Below, piece by piece: positions 25,299 through 36,569 of a stretch of 64,000 nt of DNA. The translations under genes were made by a program, and so were the position numbers. Each line of letters opens with the position of its first letter. Within the stretch, counting starts at the first letter, position 1. Location: positions 1,692,579-1,756,578 of the forward strand of contig MU004193.1 of assembly GCA_010093605.1 (NCBI GenBank). Direction: 5' to 3'. This DNA is from Lophium mytilinum. Its lineage: Eukaryota. The notes under the pieces are model-generated. The model saw only the letters and a program-made list of their open reading frames with translations. It did not search any database and had not been told where the DNA came from.

Positions 25299-26645
25299 TT
25301 ACTCCACGCCATTTCCTGCTTGCAGCCTCTCTTCACTCGTCCCGAAAAAGTCCGGAACGCCCAATCCTCCAGCCACGTCCTCAAAGCCAGTATCTTCCTT
25401 CACCATCTTCGCGACTGCCTTTGCAGCTGTAAGAATCAATGCCATGCCACCGCCGTTGAAGCCGGCTAGCATCCATTGATTCTTCACTCCTGGCACTCTT
25501 CCAACATGCGGCCACCCATCCGGCGTTCTGCCCATGATACCAACCCATACCTTGTCTACCTCCGCACCGCTTTCTTCCCAACCGCGAAAGTTCCGCTGCA
25601 TGTAGCCTTCCCAATGCTGTTCCACCTGTGGACGAAATGGCGTGGCGTCGTCGAAATTGTTGAACCATGACGGACGATCAGAGCTGAAGAGCCATGCTCC
25701 ACCTCCAACAACAATGCTGCCGTCCGGCCGTGGATTGAGATAGTCAGTCCCCTTCTCTGGGCCGAAGTCGATGTTATAAGTGTTTGAAAGATGCGGATGA
25801 ATTGGTTCTTTAGGGACAATATGCGATGCCATGCCACGAACCGGAGTGATGATGTCGTGGAATTGCGGAATGAGCCCCGCCGTGTAAGCGTTGGTTGCAA
25901 ACACGACCTTCTGGGCCTTGATTGTACCGCGTGAGGTATGAATGAGACTGCTTCCATCCTCGGAGGATGTTACTGAGGTCGCGGGGGTGGTTGTCTGAAA
26001 ATTCAAGGACTGGGAATGTTGGGCAAGAAGCCGCGCAAGGAGCTGCGAGACGAACTTGTAGGGCCAGAAGGAGCATGCCGGACCAGTGAAAGCGGCTTTT
26101 GCACCCTTAATGGAAGTGATTTGACCCGCAAATCTTTCGTCAATATAATCGGCCGTCTTCGTCCACACGTTTCCCGCCTTCGAGCTTTCGTCATAGACCC
26201 GCTTTAGACGTTTGGACTCATCGCGATCGAGCTGAATGTCAAAGGTTCGACGAAGCTCAAATTCGCAGTCCAAGTTTTCTTCCTCTACGATTTGCTTCAG
26301 GCTATCCATAATACCATGTACATAAGATGCCATGTCATCCACGGTCGAGCTGCCTGACCCTGGCTTGAAGCCCGCGAATGTTGGCACTTTTACTTTGCAA
26401 TGCCCGCCGTTACGCGCCGTGGCACCTGAACACAAGTCTCGTGCTTCCAGAATGACGACGTTTGGGGGGTGATTATTGCTGTGAAGAAGATGGTACGCTG
26501 TGGTGATTCCAGCCATGCCTGATCCGATTATGACAACGTCGCATGTCGCAGGGAGATCTGGAGTAGAACGGAATTTGGCTAATCTATGGGGCTCGCTGAG
26601 CCAGTATGACTTGGTCGGGTTCGGGACAGGAAGAATCTGGGCCAT
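25299..26645 (-). CDS. FAD-dependent oxidoreductase (DAO family)
   Basis: Intronless; VVIIGSGMAG dinucleotide-binding motif, LEAR..CSGATARNGG, ATNAY, WVGIMG.TPDG.PHVG, GFNGGGM. Confidence 0.93.
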   Translation of the reverse strand: MAQILPVPNPTKSYWLSEPHRLAKFRSTPDLPATCDVVIIGSGMAGITTAYHLLHSNNHPPNVVILEARDLCSGATARNGGHCKVKVPTFAGFKPGSGSSTVDDMASYVHGIMDSLKQIVEEENLDCEFELRRTFDIQLDRDESKRLKRVYDESSKAGNVWTKTADYIDERFAGQITSIKGAKAAFTGPACSFWPYKFVSQLLARLLAQHSQSLNFQTTTPATSVTSSEDGSSLIHTSRGTIKAQKVVFATNAYTAGLIPQFHDIITPVRGMASHIVPKEPIHPHLSNTYNIDFGPEKGTDYLNPRPDGSIVVGGGAWLFSSDRPSWFNNFDDATPFRPQVEQHWEGYMQRNFRGWEESGAEVDKVWVGIMGRTPDGWPHVGRVPGVKNQWMLAGFNGGGMALILTAAKAVAKMVKEDTGFEDVAGGLGVPDFFGTSEERLQAGNGVE

Positions 26646-27986
26646 CGCATTGGTATAGACTTTTGACAAGAGGAGAACAATAGATTTAGCTGGCTCAGGG
26701 TAGTTCGATGCCTACATATATACTTCTGAAGAACCTAGGCGTGCATCTATAGGGTATAGCATATCGGTGCTCGGAATAGATGACGTATGTAAGTCCGAAG
26801 TTTACTCACAATCCTATCGCTTTGCCGTTGATATACAGCCCTGAAGACTACTCCCTTGTAAGGCAAAATATGCCGTTAATTTTCCGGCTCAAACTATACA
26901 CATCTAACCTGGATCGAGGAGGTCCGTTATAACGTTTTGTAGGATATGCTAGAAGCATAGAGGACCCCAAAACTCCTCAAAGCACGGGAGGTATCTATCG
27001 CTGCCACACCACCGTCGGAGCAGGGCTTCACGTCTCCATCCTCGTCTTCCCTGTTCCAGTACATGGACCCCCCTTATAGCAACATCGTGCTCGACGAGGT
27101 AGTCGACGTGTTTTGATACGCGGCCGGGAGGCGGGTGACGTCGTCAATGCGGAAATGGCTTGAGCAGAATGTACTCGGCACGAGGGAACCGATGAATGCG
27201 ACCTAGTGATCACAGTGAGTGTCGTATGCTGTTCGTATTCGAGAGGAGCGCTCTCCCATCCGGTGCGCTGTTCCAATTTGCATCTGGAAAACGGGGTATT
27301 GCTGGGAGGCAGGGAAAAGACTCGAGGTCGGCGGGGAAGGCTGAGGTCAGTGGTGTGAAATGCCCGTATCGCCGTTCAGAGAACGAGCAGGAGTTACAGT
27401 GAATATGCGTACTCCTCCGGATTTGCTGATGATTGATAAGATGCGGTCGTTCAATAGTGTCGTGGGCGGCCCTGGCGGGTGTAAAGAAAGGTCGGAGTCG
27501 GAGCTGGAAGACCGGAGATCTCCGCGAGTAGCTCTACCAACCCCCTGATATTAAATCGGTTCTGTCCTTCATCACTACCCTATTTACTTGAAGCGCTTAC
27601 CGCTTCGTTGCCTCTGTAATCACCTCTTAGGACTATGATGACAAGAGTGGATTGGCTAGAGCTCGCTCCGTATTCTAGTCTAATAAGTTCCTCATGATGA
27701 CATCCTTATGGCTGTTGTATCGATCAATAAATCACAGAAGCAATGCATGGGTACCAGTTTCGATGACTGTAGCGTTATATTTCTCACAGGTATCTAACAT
27801 GTACAAAAGTAGTCAAGAGTCGAGCTCATACCATCCCGTTGCGCATCAACTGCCTTCGACATTCGTTGATCCTGTAACTTGAACGAAGAGAGCGTTGCTG
27901 TGTCGCTATATGATATGCACGCTCCATGAATCCCTTAATTGTAGCTTCTCACCAATATCCCAACTCTTTCCCAGCTCGTCTTGTGC

Positions 27987-28760
27987 CTATCCGAAGCTTC
28001 GCTCATCGATGAAAAGAGCACCGAAGTGTGCCAGTTCCGATTCAGCATGATTTGCTGTCTGGACTAAGACCCAGTCTGATTCCACGAGCGGCCAGGTGCC
28101 CGGCCCAGAGGCGGGTGACATACGCGGCGGCGTCTGCCAATCCTCATTTTCATCTACGACACACTCCATCGAGTCATTTCCCACTTGGTACAGACTTTGT
28201 TGATGTGGCCTGAACGAGGTTTCAGGAATGAGGTGTTTCGGCTCACAACTGAGTTCGGAGGGGGCCTGTGAAATTTGGTGCCGAAGGCGCTTTCCAGCGT
28301 GTTGAAGATTGTAAGGACCTGACTTGGGTTTGTCGGAAGGACAAGTTGATGCACGGCGCAGGAACCTGTGCTGGTGGTTCAAGGGGTCCCATGGGATCTC
28401 GTGGCTACGTGACACTGTTGTGAAAGGAGGCAGATGCTGTGCCTTTGTATCGGAAGGGCGGTGATGCTGGCTAGCAAGAACAGTTTGACAGAGTTGGAAG
28501 CCTGCCTCTGATTGGCGACCATGTGCAATATCAGAGTGATGATGACCGTTTTTTGAGGGAGGCGTCATGTCGACGCGGTGGAGGTTCTCGTCCGTCAATG
28601 CCGGAGAGGCAGTATTGGGGGTGGTGTTACGGAAGGGAGTCATGTTAAGCAACGCACTGAATATAGCGAATGAGCTCATAGGCATAGAAAGGTAAATATT
28701 TGTTGGAGGGAGCATGATGGAAGGAGCATTTGGATAGTGAGCAAAGCTGGCTTTATACAA
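27987..28760 (-). CDS. Hypothetical protein (no recognisable domain)
   Basis: 257-codon ORF, P/S-rich, with no motif recognised; oriented divergently from the Clr5-TPR gene. Confidence 0.3.
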   Translation of the reverse strand: MYKASFAHYPNAPSIMLPPTNIYLSMPMSSFAIFSALLNMTPFRNTTPNTASPALTDENLHRVDMTPPSKNGHHHSDIAHGRQSEAGFQLCQTVLASQHHRPSDTKAQHLPPFTTVSRSHEIPWDPLNHQHRFLRRASTCPSDKPKSGPYNLQHAGKRLRHQISQAPSELSCEPKHLIPETSFRPHQQSLYQVGNDSMECVVDENEDWQTPPRMSPASGPGTWPLVESDWVLVQTANHAESELAHFGALFIDERSFG

Positions 28761-29486
28761 TCTATATGTATGGGGTCAGAATCACTGCAATAACTTGCAG
28801 CACTACCCGCAATGTAGGCAACCGCACATGACGGATGTTCAGTAGCATTGAAATTCGATAAAGTGGAAGATGGTACATTCTCAAGCCTCACTATCTGCGT
28901 ACATGGTGGTTTTGGGTGTGTGGGAGCGAGGTAGTGGTACTGTTCGAGCAACTCGCAGGGTTAGTTTTGTGCATCTGGTACCTGAAAAGCAGCAAGGCGT
29001 ATCTCGCAGATGGGCCGCCTTCTCCGTCATTCTCAAATGTGCTAAGGGCCAGATGGAGAAGTGTGCTTTTGGAGTTGCCACGAGCCGACGGGCAGGACGG
29101 GGCTGAGCGTATGGGTAAGGAAAGTGGTAGGCAAAAGGTGGCTGCCACTTTCTTGACGAAGTGTAATTTTGGCCCTCCCTCGTGATGCCATGCAGGGCCA
29201 AAACCACATTCTTGGCGCACAAAAGAGCACATCCGGTTAGTCAGAACCCCAACCGCCTGTACGCCTCCCGAGCTACTTCAGATGTTGCCCTATCGCACTG
29301 CGACCTGCACCTCCGTTGGCTGCACAATGCTGCAGCCGCAGGTAGCGTCTGGGGGCCTCTCGGGGCCTACGTATCATGCCTCCCGGCACCACATATACAG
29401 ATAAAATCCAGCCTGGGCTTCAAAACACTGCTGTTGCTTACCAGTTCCCACACGCTATAGTATCAGCTTCGATTCCGACCGTTAAG

Positions 29487-31731
29487 ATGGCACAGCAGCA
29501 GCGAGCGCGCCAGCATTCGGCCGAGCAGTGGGAGTCCAAAAGGGAGACCATCAAGGACCTTTACATCGGCCGGAATATGACGGTTGCTCAGGTTTGTGAG
29601 ACTATGTCTAGTGATTTCGCCTTCGTTATCAAGTATACAACCCTCTCCCGTGTTCCCATCCCCAAATCTAACTTCTATCTTCAGCAATCGTCAGCTAGAA
29701 CGGCAGCTTAAGGCATGGCGCCTGCGAAAGAACATCCCCTCAACCGTTTCAAAAGCGATTGCCAAGGCTGTGAAGGATCGCAAACGTAGAGGCAAAGGCA
29801 CGAGCGCTGCGGAGGTAGCAGGTATCCAATTGAATCAAACCAAGTTCCAGCGTCTCGTGAAGAGGTACGGGTCTAAAAAAGCTATCCAAAACGAAGGACA
29901 GGGAGCCAGCGAGCTTTCTCCAGCGCCCACAGGTCCAACGGTTCGAGGGTAAATAACCCCCTATGAATGGCTTCCTTTCATCTCTTTCACTACCAAGGCT
30001 AAAACCGCATGCAGGGAATGTGCTGTGCCATTGGACTGGTCGATCAAGTCGCCAGCCCCAACTCCTTACAGTGTTACTCTTGGCGGGACAGCCAGCAACA
30101 GTCATACCGTAGAACCGTCGTTTAGCGTCACGCTTCGAACATCTTCCAGCCGCCATTCGCTTGAGAGAACTCCACCACAAACGTGGGTCGAGTCACTCGC
30201 CGGTGTTCCTGCGGCTGTACCATTGTCGGCGCCGTCTCCTCTCATGCCACCATTGAGCGAACCTCGAAGCTTCCCGCTACAATCACGTTTCCTTTCGAGA
30301 CAATTATCATTCCCTCCAAGGCGACCTGGTCCTCCTTCTCATCATCAATCGCGAAACATTTGGAGCGAACTACCAGACTTGACAGCCGCTGGTGCTGATG
30401 AACTCGAAGCTGCAGGTTATGTACCCAATCGTTTTCAGGACAATATCCTTCATAAGACCCACGACGGTTTGCCCGAACTCTTAGAGTCAGACATGAGGCT
30501 GTCACAGCCATTCGACGACTGGGCGGTTTTCAACCTCAGCTCCGGCATGTGGACCAACTCTAGCGACTTTGTTACTTATGTCTCTGCCTGTGTGCCTATG
30601 CCTGCCAGCTCACATGCAATACCTAAAGGCATGTTGGAAGAGTTCCGACTATCTGCTGAGCTCCAAGGATGTCTGCACGTAGTAACCTTGACAAAATTGA
30701 GCGGACTGCTCTATGAACTTATCAGCTGGTGCTCAAATGACTCGGTTCAACCTGTCATCAATCTCATCACCATTACAGCCAATCTAAGTACCAATCTGGT
30801 CTTCGACGAGTCTACTCAAGCATTACAGGCAGAAGTCTTCACCACCTACGGAATCATTCTGATTGACCAACTTGATCGAGACGAGGAGGCAGTATCACGG
30901 CTGAGCAACGTCATCGGGAAGAGCGAACGCATCCTGGGCCATGAGCATCGTCAAACCCTTGTCGCAAAGAGAGGCTTGTCGAAGGCTTTGTACAAGCAAG
31001 GCAAACTCGATGCAGCCGCTTCATTAGCCGAGCATACACTCTCAGCAAGCATTCGCACTGTCGGTGAAGAACACTGCGACTCGACATGGAACATGGCTGC
31101 TCTCGCCCGAATATACCAGGCCCAAAAGCTACCGACAAAAGTTGTCAAGCTACGCAAACGAGCGTATACTGCGTGCAATAGAAGACTAGGCCCCAGCCAC
31201 CCTAACACACAGTATGCACTATTCACTTTGGGTAGAGCTGTTCTCGCGCTCGGCAACCTCGAAGAGGCTGAAGCCTTGGTCTCGTTGAGTGTAACGCAGC
31301 GAACTCAATTCCTTGGCGAAACGCATCACGAAACATTGGTCGCCAAATTCTGGCTTGCCCGCATTCTCTTCGATTTGCATCGAGACTTCGAAGCCGAAAA
31401 GCTTGCGAAACAGGTTTTAGAGGCACAGGCAAGACAAACCAGCATGGCTAAGAGTGACTTCCTCGGCTTTACGCTTAGATTTGCCTCTGTTCTTGAAAGA
31501 CAGGGTCGCATCATGGAGGCTGCCGTTTTGATGAAGCCCATCATCCCAGAACTGAGCAAACTCATGCAAGATAGTGGTTGGAACGTTTTCATAACTACCG
31601 AATGGGAAAATCTGATGGCGGTGAGGGCTTCCGCGAATCAAACCCTCTCTCAAAGATCTACCGTGGATCAGCTGCAAGACGCATTTCCGGCAAGCTTCTT
31701 GGTTGGAGACCATTCGACATCAAAATCTTGA
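29487..31731 (+). CDS. Clr5-domain plus kinesin-light-chain-type TPR protein
   Basis: N-terminus SAEQWESKRETIKDLYI...VCETM...RQLERQLKAWRLRKN (Clr5 signature); introns 29633-29684 and about 29949-30014; 42-aa repeats LGHEH/VGEEH/LGPSH/LGETH. Confidence 0.85.
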
Positions 31732-31743
31732 CGACTATGAAGG

Positions 31744-33094
31744 TTACAGTCGGGACTTCTTCTGATCTGCAAAGGACTGAATGTCCGCCGTTACCATCTC
31801 GTCCACTAAGTCCTGAATGATCATAAGCACAGACGGATGAAGTGGCTGCGGGGATCTCACATTGAAAGAACATCGAGCACTCCACCCTAGAAGCCGTTGC
31901 GCCTTTGATGCGTCCCCACAGAGCGAGCGCAGTTGGAGAGGCCTTGAAGCCGACAACACCGGGTCAATCTGCACGAGCACCTTTCCGATCTCGTCTACTC
32001 CGCATTCCATTTCCCCCTCGAATTTCCACCTAGAAAAGGGTCAGAGTGTGCCTAAAGAGAAGCAACAGTATCCCGCTTACTCGATATTTTTCCCGGTGCA
32101 ATAGAAAGCACGTTCGACAAAATCTCGAATTTTGTATGAGTTTCCCGTGGCAAATACATAGTCCGACGGCTCTGGTTGCTGCAGCGCTCGCCACATTGCC
32201 TCGACATAATCACGCGCATGGCCCCAGTCACGGGTGGAATCTAGGTCTGCCAGTGTGAGTTTGGTGTCCTCGCCATGATATATCGCGGCCACGGCTCGAG
32301 ATATTCTTTTAGAAACAAACCCTCGTCCTGGATGACTAGTTAGCTGGGTTTCAGCTTGAAGTGCGAAAGCTTATAGCTAATCAGGTCCGAGCCTAGAGAC
32401 AGCTTACCTCTTCGAGGGGACTCATGATTGAAGCTTATTCCCGAGATAGCGTATAATCCGTATGCGTTTCTCGCATTGATGACCGACCAATGCGCTGCAG
32501 CTTTCGCTACAGCATAGGGGGACACAGGCGCCAGAGGTGTCAGTTCATTCTGGCTGGCTGTGTCCGAGTTTCCAAACATTTCCGACGACGACGCTTGATA
32601 CAGCCTGACATTGGTGAGGGCACTGGCTTTGATTACTGCGAGGAGATTTACAACCCCAAGAGCGTTCACCGTGGTCGTGAGCTCAGGATTCTGGAATGAT
32701 CGAGTAACGTGTGACTGGGCAGCAAGGTTGTATATTTCCGAAGGTTTAGTCTTTCGAAATAATCTTGCTAGGCTAGCGGCGTCAGTGATATCCCCTTGGT
32801 GCAGTTCAAATTTGAGGCCTATTTTCCGGGCTAATGAGCCATCAGCATAGCCCATCCAAGGAGAGGTTGAACCTGGAGCTACCTTTCACGAACAGTCGCT
32901 CTAGGAATACTTCATTCTCACTCGACCTCGTTGCTCTTCGAATGAGGCCATGCACTGCATATCCCTTCTGCACGAGTAACTCAGCAAGGTAAGTGCCATC
33001 CTGCCCAGTAATACCTGATGAACGCGTAAGTGTCATTCGCCGTCCACTTGGAGGTACACAAACCCAATATCAAAGCTGTTTTTGCGCGTGTCAT
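31744..33094 (-). CDS. gmd: GDP-mannose 4,6-dehydratase
   Basis: [87 protein letters not shown]...LGW; five spliceosomal introns. Confidence 0.95.
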
Positions 33095-33342
33095 GCCGTT
33101 GCTCACTGGAAATTCTAACGAACTCTCAATTGCCGTAAATTGGGGATTCTTGAAAGCAAGTGGCTAAACTAGACGACGGGCCCTTCTCAGATATTAATAG
33201 CGGAATCTAACGCAGCTTGTGCATCCAGCACTTGGCATGCACGGCGCGAGCATGATTAGTCCTGAGCTCTTGTCATGTAGCGCCCATCCTATAAGCCTGA
33301 TTTCGCTGATAAATATCTTCGCCCGGGACCTCACCATCAACA

Positions 33343-34571
33343 ATGGGCAACGAGAGCGATGAAGCAGACCATCTTAAAGTATCCACTCCAATTCAAATCT
33401 AAGAGTCCGCAGAAATAGCTAATCCAGATATGTTACAGAACTCCACACTCCCGTTTACAGACCCTAAATGCGATGCTCAGATGCCTACCACAACGCATGG
33501 TGGTGTTTCCGTCAAAAAACGTTCACTATCACACAGACCTTGGTGGCCAGGACCGCCACCCCTAAGGTCGGATCCGAAATACAGGAGTAAGACCAGCCGC
33601 CTCGTTCCAGTACCATCATGCACCTACCAGATACCTATACTGCCGTTCAGATTCTGTACCGACTACTTCAAACAAAGCTGTGCCCAATATCGCGGCCAAA
33701 GTTTCCGGACCGAATCAGTCACGCGCCCTGACCTCAGTACTGTGTTTTTGTTCCACGCTACCGCTGAAGGAGCTAGCAATGAAGTGGCTCAATCATTCTC
33801 TGCATGCGGCCCAAGCCTCGCATACTCCAGGTCCAACGGTTATTTCTCCCGCGAGCCCGCTGTTTACTATACAACATCTTTGGAATTTGCTCTATGTTGG
33901 ATTCTGTTCACTCGTCATGGCCGGTGGGATCTAGACGTCGAATTTGCGGACCTTCAACCCCGTGGACTGATATACGTGTCTCGAGTCGATGTTTGCATGC
34001 TAGCAAAGACTTTCCGTACCAGACCTATCGATCCGCCAAATACGACCTCTGATGAGCAAGCTCTGCAAGATGTAAGCCGCATTTCTCAGACCCCTGTTTC
34101 ATCGATTCTTGTTCTTGGCCGTATCCCTGTACCGACCGGTGAGCGGCACACTGGAACAAGGATGCTCTATGGTCATCTGACCTAGGCTGCCTTAGATTGT
34201 CACATTCTAAAGAACTTGCAGTGGTGTACGGTAAATATGGAAGCCGGTGAAGGTACAGACCAGCCAAATAGAATACCGCCCCCTGGCTGTGGAGAGGCCG
34301 ACTGGTCACTACTAGCGTCCCGAATTCCATGGGTATGTTTAAATCTCCCCTACTGAAAGATTGGGCCGAAGGCTGATCAACCTAACTGGCAACTCTTGAG
34401 AGTCTCATGCTACCAAACGAATATCTCAAGGAGTTCAGGAATTACATGGATCCCACGAAAGTTTGGCTATTTGCGGCTTGTGACGAAGCGACGTGTCATG
34501 AGATAGCCAGCCGTGGCGTTGAGGTGCGCCTATTTACTGAAGATCTTCAAGATACGAACTCTCATGGCTGA
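33343..34571 (+). CDS. Hypothetical protein with a possible ADP-ribosyltransferase-like fold
   Basis: Spliced model with introns 33379-33438 and 34072-34221, and an uncertain third from 34333; motifs FLFHATA and GYFSREPAVYYTTSLEFA. The 3' end is uncertain. Confidence 0.55.
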
Positions 34572-34999
34572 CACTGCAGCGCTAACCAGATACTGCACAT
34601 GAGAGGGGACAGTGAACACGGCTGCCTTGAGAGAAGCAAGTTGTGATTGGTCACATCCGTGACACCAACGTCGCTGCACTGGGAGGGATTAGGCTAGCAA
34701 CATTCCTGCATGCCGCCGAATAATGCTAGAGACAAACGGATCTAGCAGGACGACGTGGCATTGTTTTTGTGGCTTTACAGTGCAGTTTTCGCTTACCAGC
34801 AGGCTTAGCTGCTCATTAGGGCAGTTCTTAAGAGACGCATACTTGGCATCACTTACCCCTCACGGTGTTGAGGCTCAAATGCGCCTCAAATGAGCTCAGA
34901 AAGCAATCGCGGCATGGCTTTCGACGTTCAACTACGTAGAAGCACACCAAAAGGCAAGGCTGGAGCCACCCCAAGTTATAGTAGAATTACTTCGCACCA

Positions 35000-36181
35000 A
35001 TGGAGCTCTCCGGCGCACTCTCGAGTTATGCACAAGAAGAACTGACTCCTTCTATCGGGACAAAATTTGCTGGGGTCCAGCTTACAGAGATACTGAAAGA
35101 CGCTGCGCAGCTGAGGGATCTTGCGATAACAGGCTAGTTTTGAGTAGCGGAGAATATGAAATGAAAGTCACTGATTGAGCAAGCAGTGTCTCGTCGAGGT
35201 GTTGTTTTCTTTAACAACCAAGAACTCACGGTTGCGGACCACAAATCAATTGCCCAGGCTCTCGGATCCGCAGTAGGGAAGCCTCAGGACTCTCATCTCC
35301 ACCGCCATGTGCTGCTCAATGGGTCCGGTGTGACTCTTCAGGACATAGCAGAGGCTGTCGACGACGAGGTCTCGGTCGTCTCGTCAACCGACCGAATCCG
35401 AGTGATGCGAAATCGCGAACATACCAAGTCCTTGATTCCCGGTAGCCACGGATGGCATTCCGACACCTTTTGGGAGAAGATACCCTCCGACTACACTGTT
35501 CTCCATATGCTGGATGTTCCAGAAATTGGCGGTGACACCCTGTGGGCCTCCGGATATGCGGTATATGAAAAGCTCTCCCCGCAATGGCAGCGAATGCTCG
35601 ACGGCACTACAGCACTCTGCGCGACTAAAGACTACGACCATCTCCGTCAACTCATGCGCTACGACTTTGGAGGCGGTGGCCGTGGCTCACCAGAGAACAG
35701 TGGTACTAAGCTTGAAGCCATCCAGCCAGTCATCCGTACCAACCCAGTTACGGGCTGGAAATCTGTCTTTGCGGCCGCACACGCCATTGAGCATGGCTAC
35801 ATCATTGAACTCACCCCCTACGAGAATAACGTAGTGAAAGAGTATCTCCTCAAACTGATCACGCACAACGCAGACCTCCAAGTCCGGCATAGATGGACCA
35901 AGAACGATGTTGCGATTTGGGATAACCGATCCGTCTTCCATCGGGTTAATTTTGACTTCGAGGGATACAGGCGGGCGCATCGCGTTGTCTCGATTGGAGA
36001 GAAGCCGTTTTTCAGCCCTAATTCTTTGTCTAGAAGCGATGGGTTGGCAAGACGGAGAGCGTATGAACTGGAGCAGACTACTAAGAATGCGACACACACA
36101 GAGCAAAAATCGGACGATAGTTCTAAAAGGAAGGTTGAAACCAATGTCATCCAGCTTCCAGTTCAGCGTGCGAGGCTATAA
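35000..36181 (+). CDS. TauD/TfdA family 2-oxoglutarate/Fe(II) dioxygenase
   Basis: LTPSIGTKF.GVQL...LRDLAIT|VSRRGVVFF..Q, WHSD (HxD), GGDTLWASGY, PVIRTNPVTG, WDNRSVFH, R..HRV; intron 35133-35186. A further 5' exon is possible. Confidence 0.92.
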
Positions 36182-36569
36182 ATTGCTTTCGAACGATTGG
36201 ACGCAGGGCGGCTGTATTATAATACTCTATCAGAGCGTAGAAAGTAGGGTTTCGCAAATAATACTGCCACCTAGTTCGGTACCATAATTTTCTGCCTTGC
36301 ATGAGCACAGTCGGACTTCTTGCGGCAACGTTATGGCAGCATGACCACCGGACTGTCGGGCTAAGGCTACCGGTGAACCAGCCAACGCAATCTGGCGCTA
36401 TTTATGCATGCACGAATGATGGACTAGGGTACGAGGCACCAGAGACTTGCAACATATAGAAGTGCAAAGTCCTCTACTGCTCCTGTATCCAGTGAGAATT
36501 GGCAGTTTGCTCCGCCGGGCCGTCTAGATTCGAGACTCGATCCACACAAGATACGATATCTGTACTAGG

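Noticed and set aside
31744..33094. Recent bacterial horizontal transfer of gmd
   Set aside because: Five canonical spliceosomal introns indicate long residence in a eukaryotic genome.
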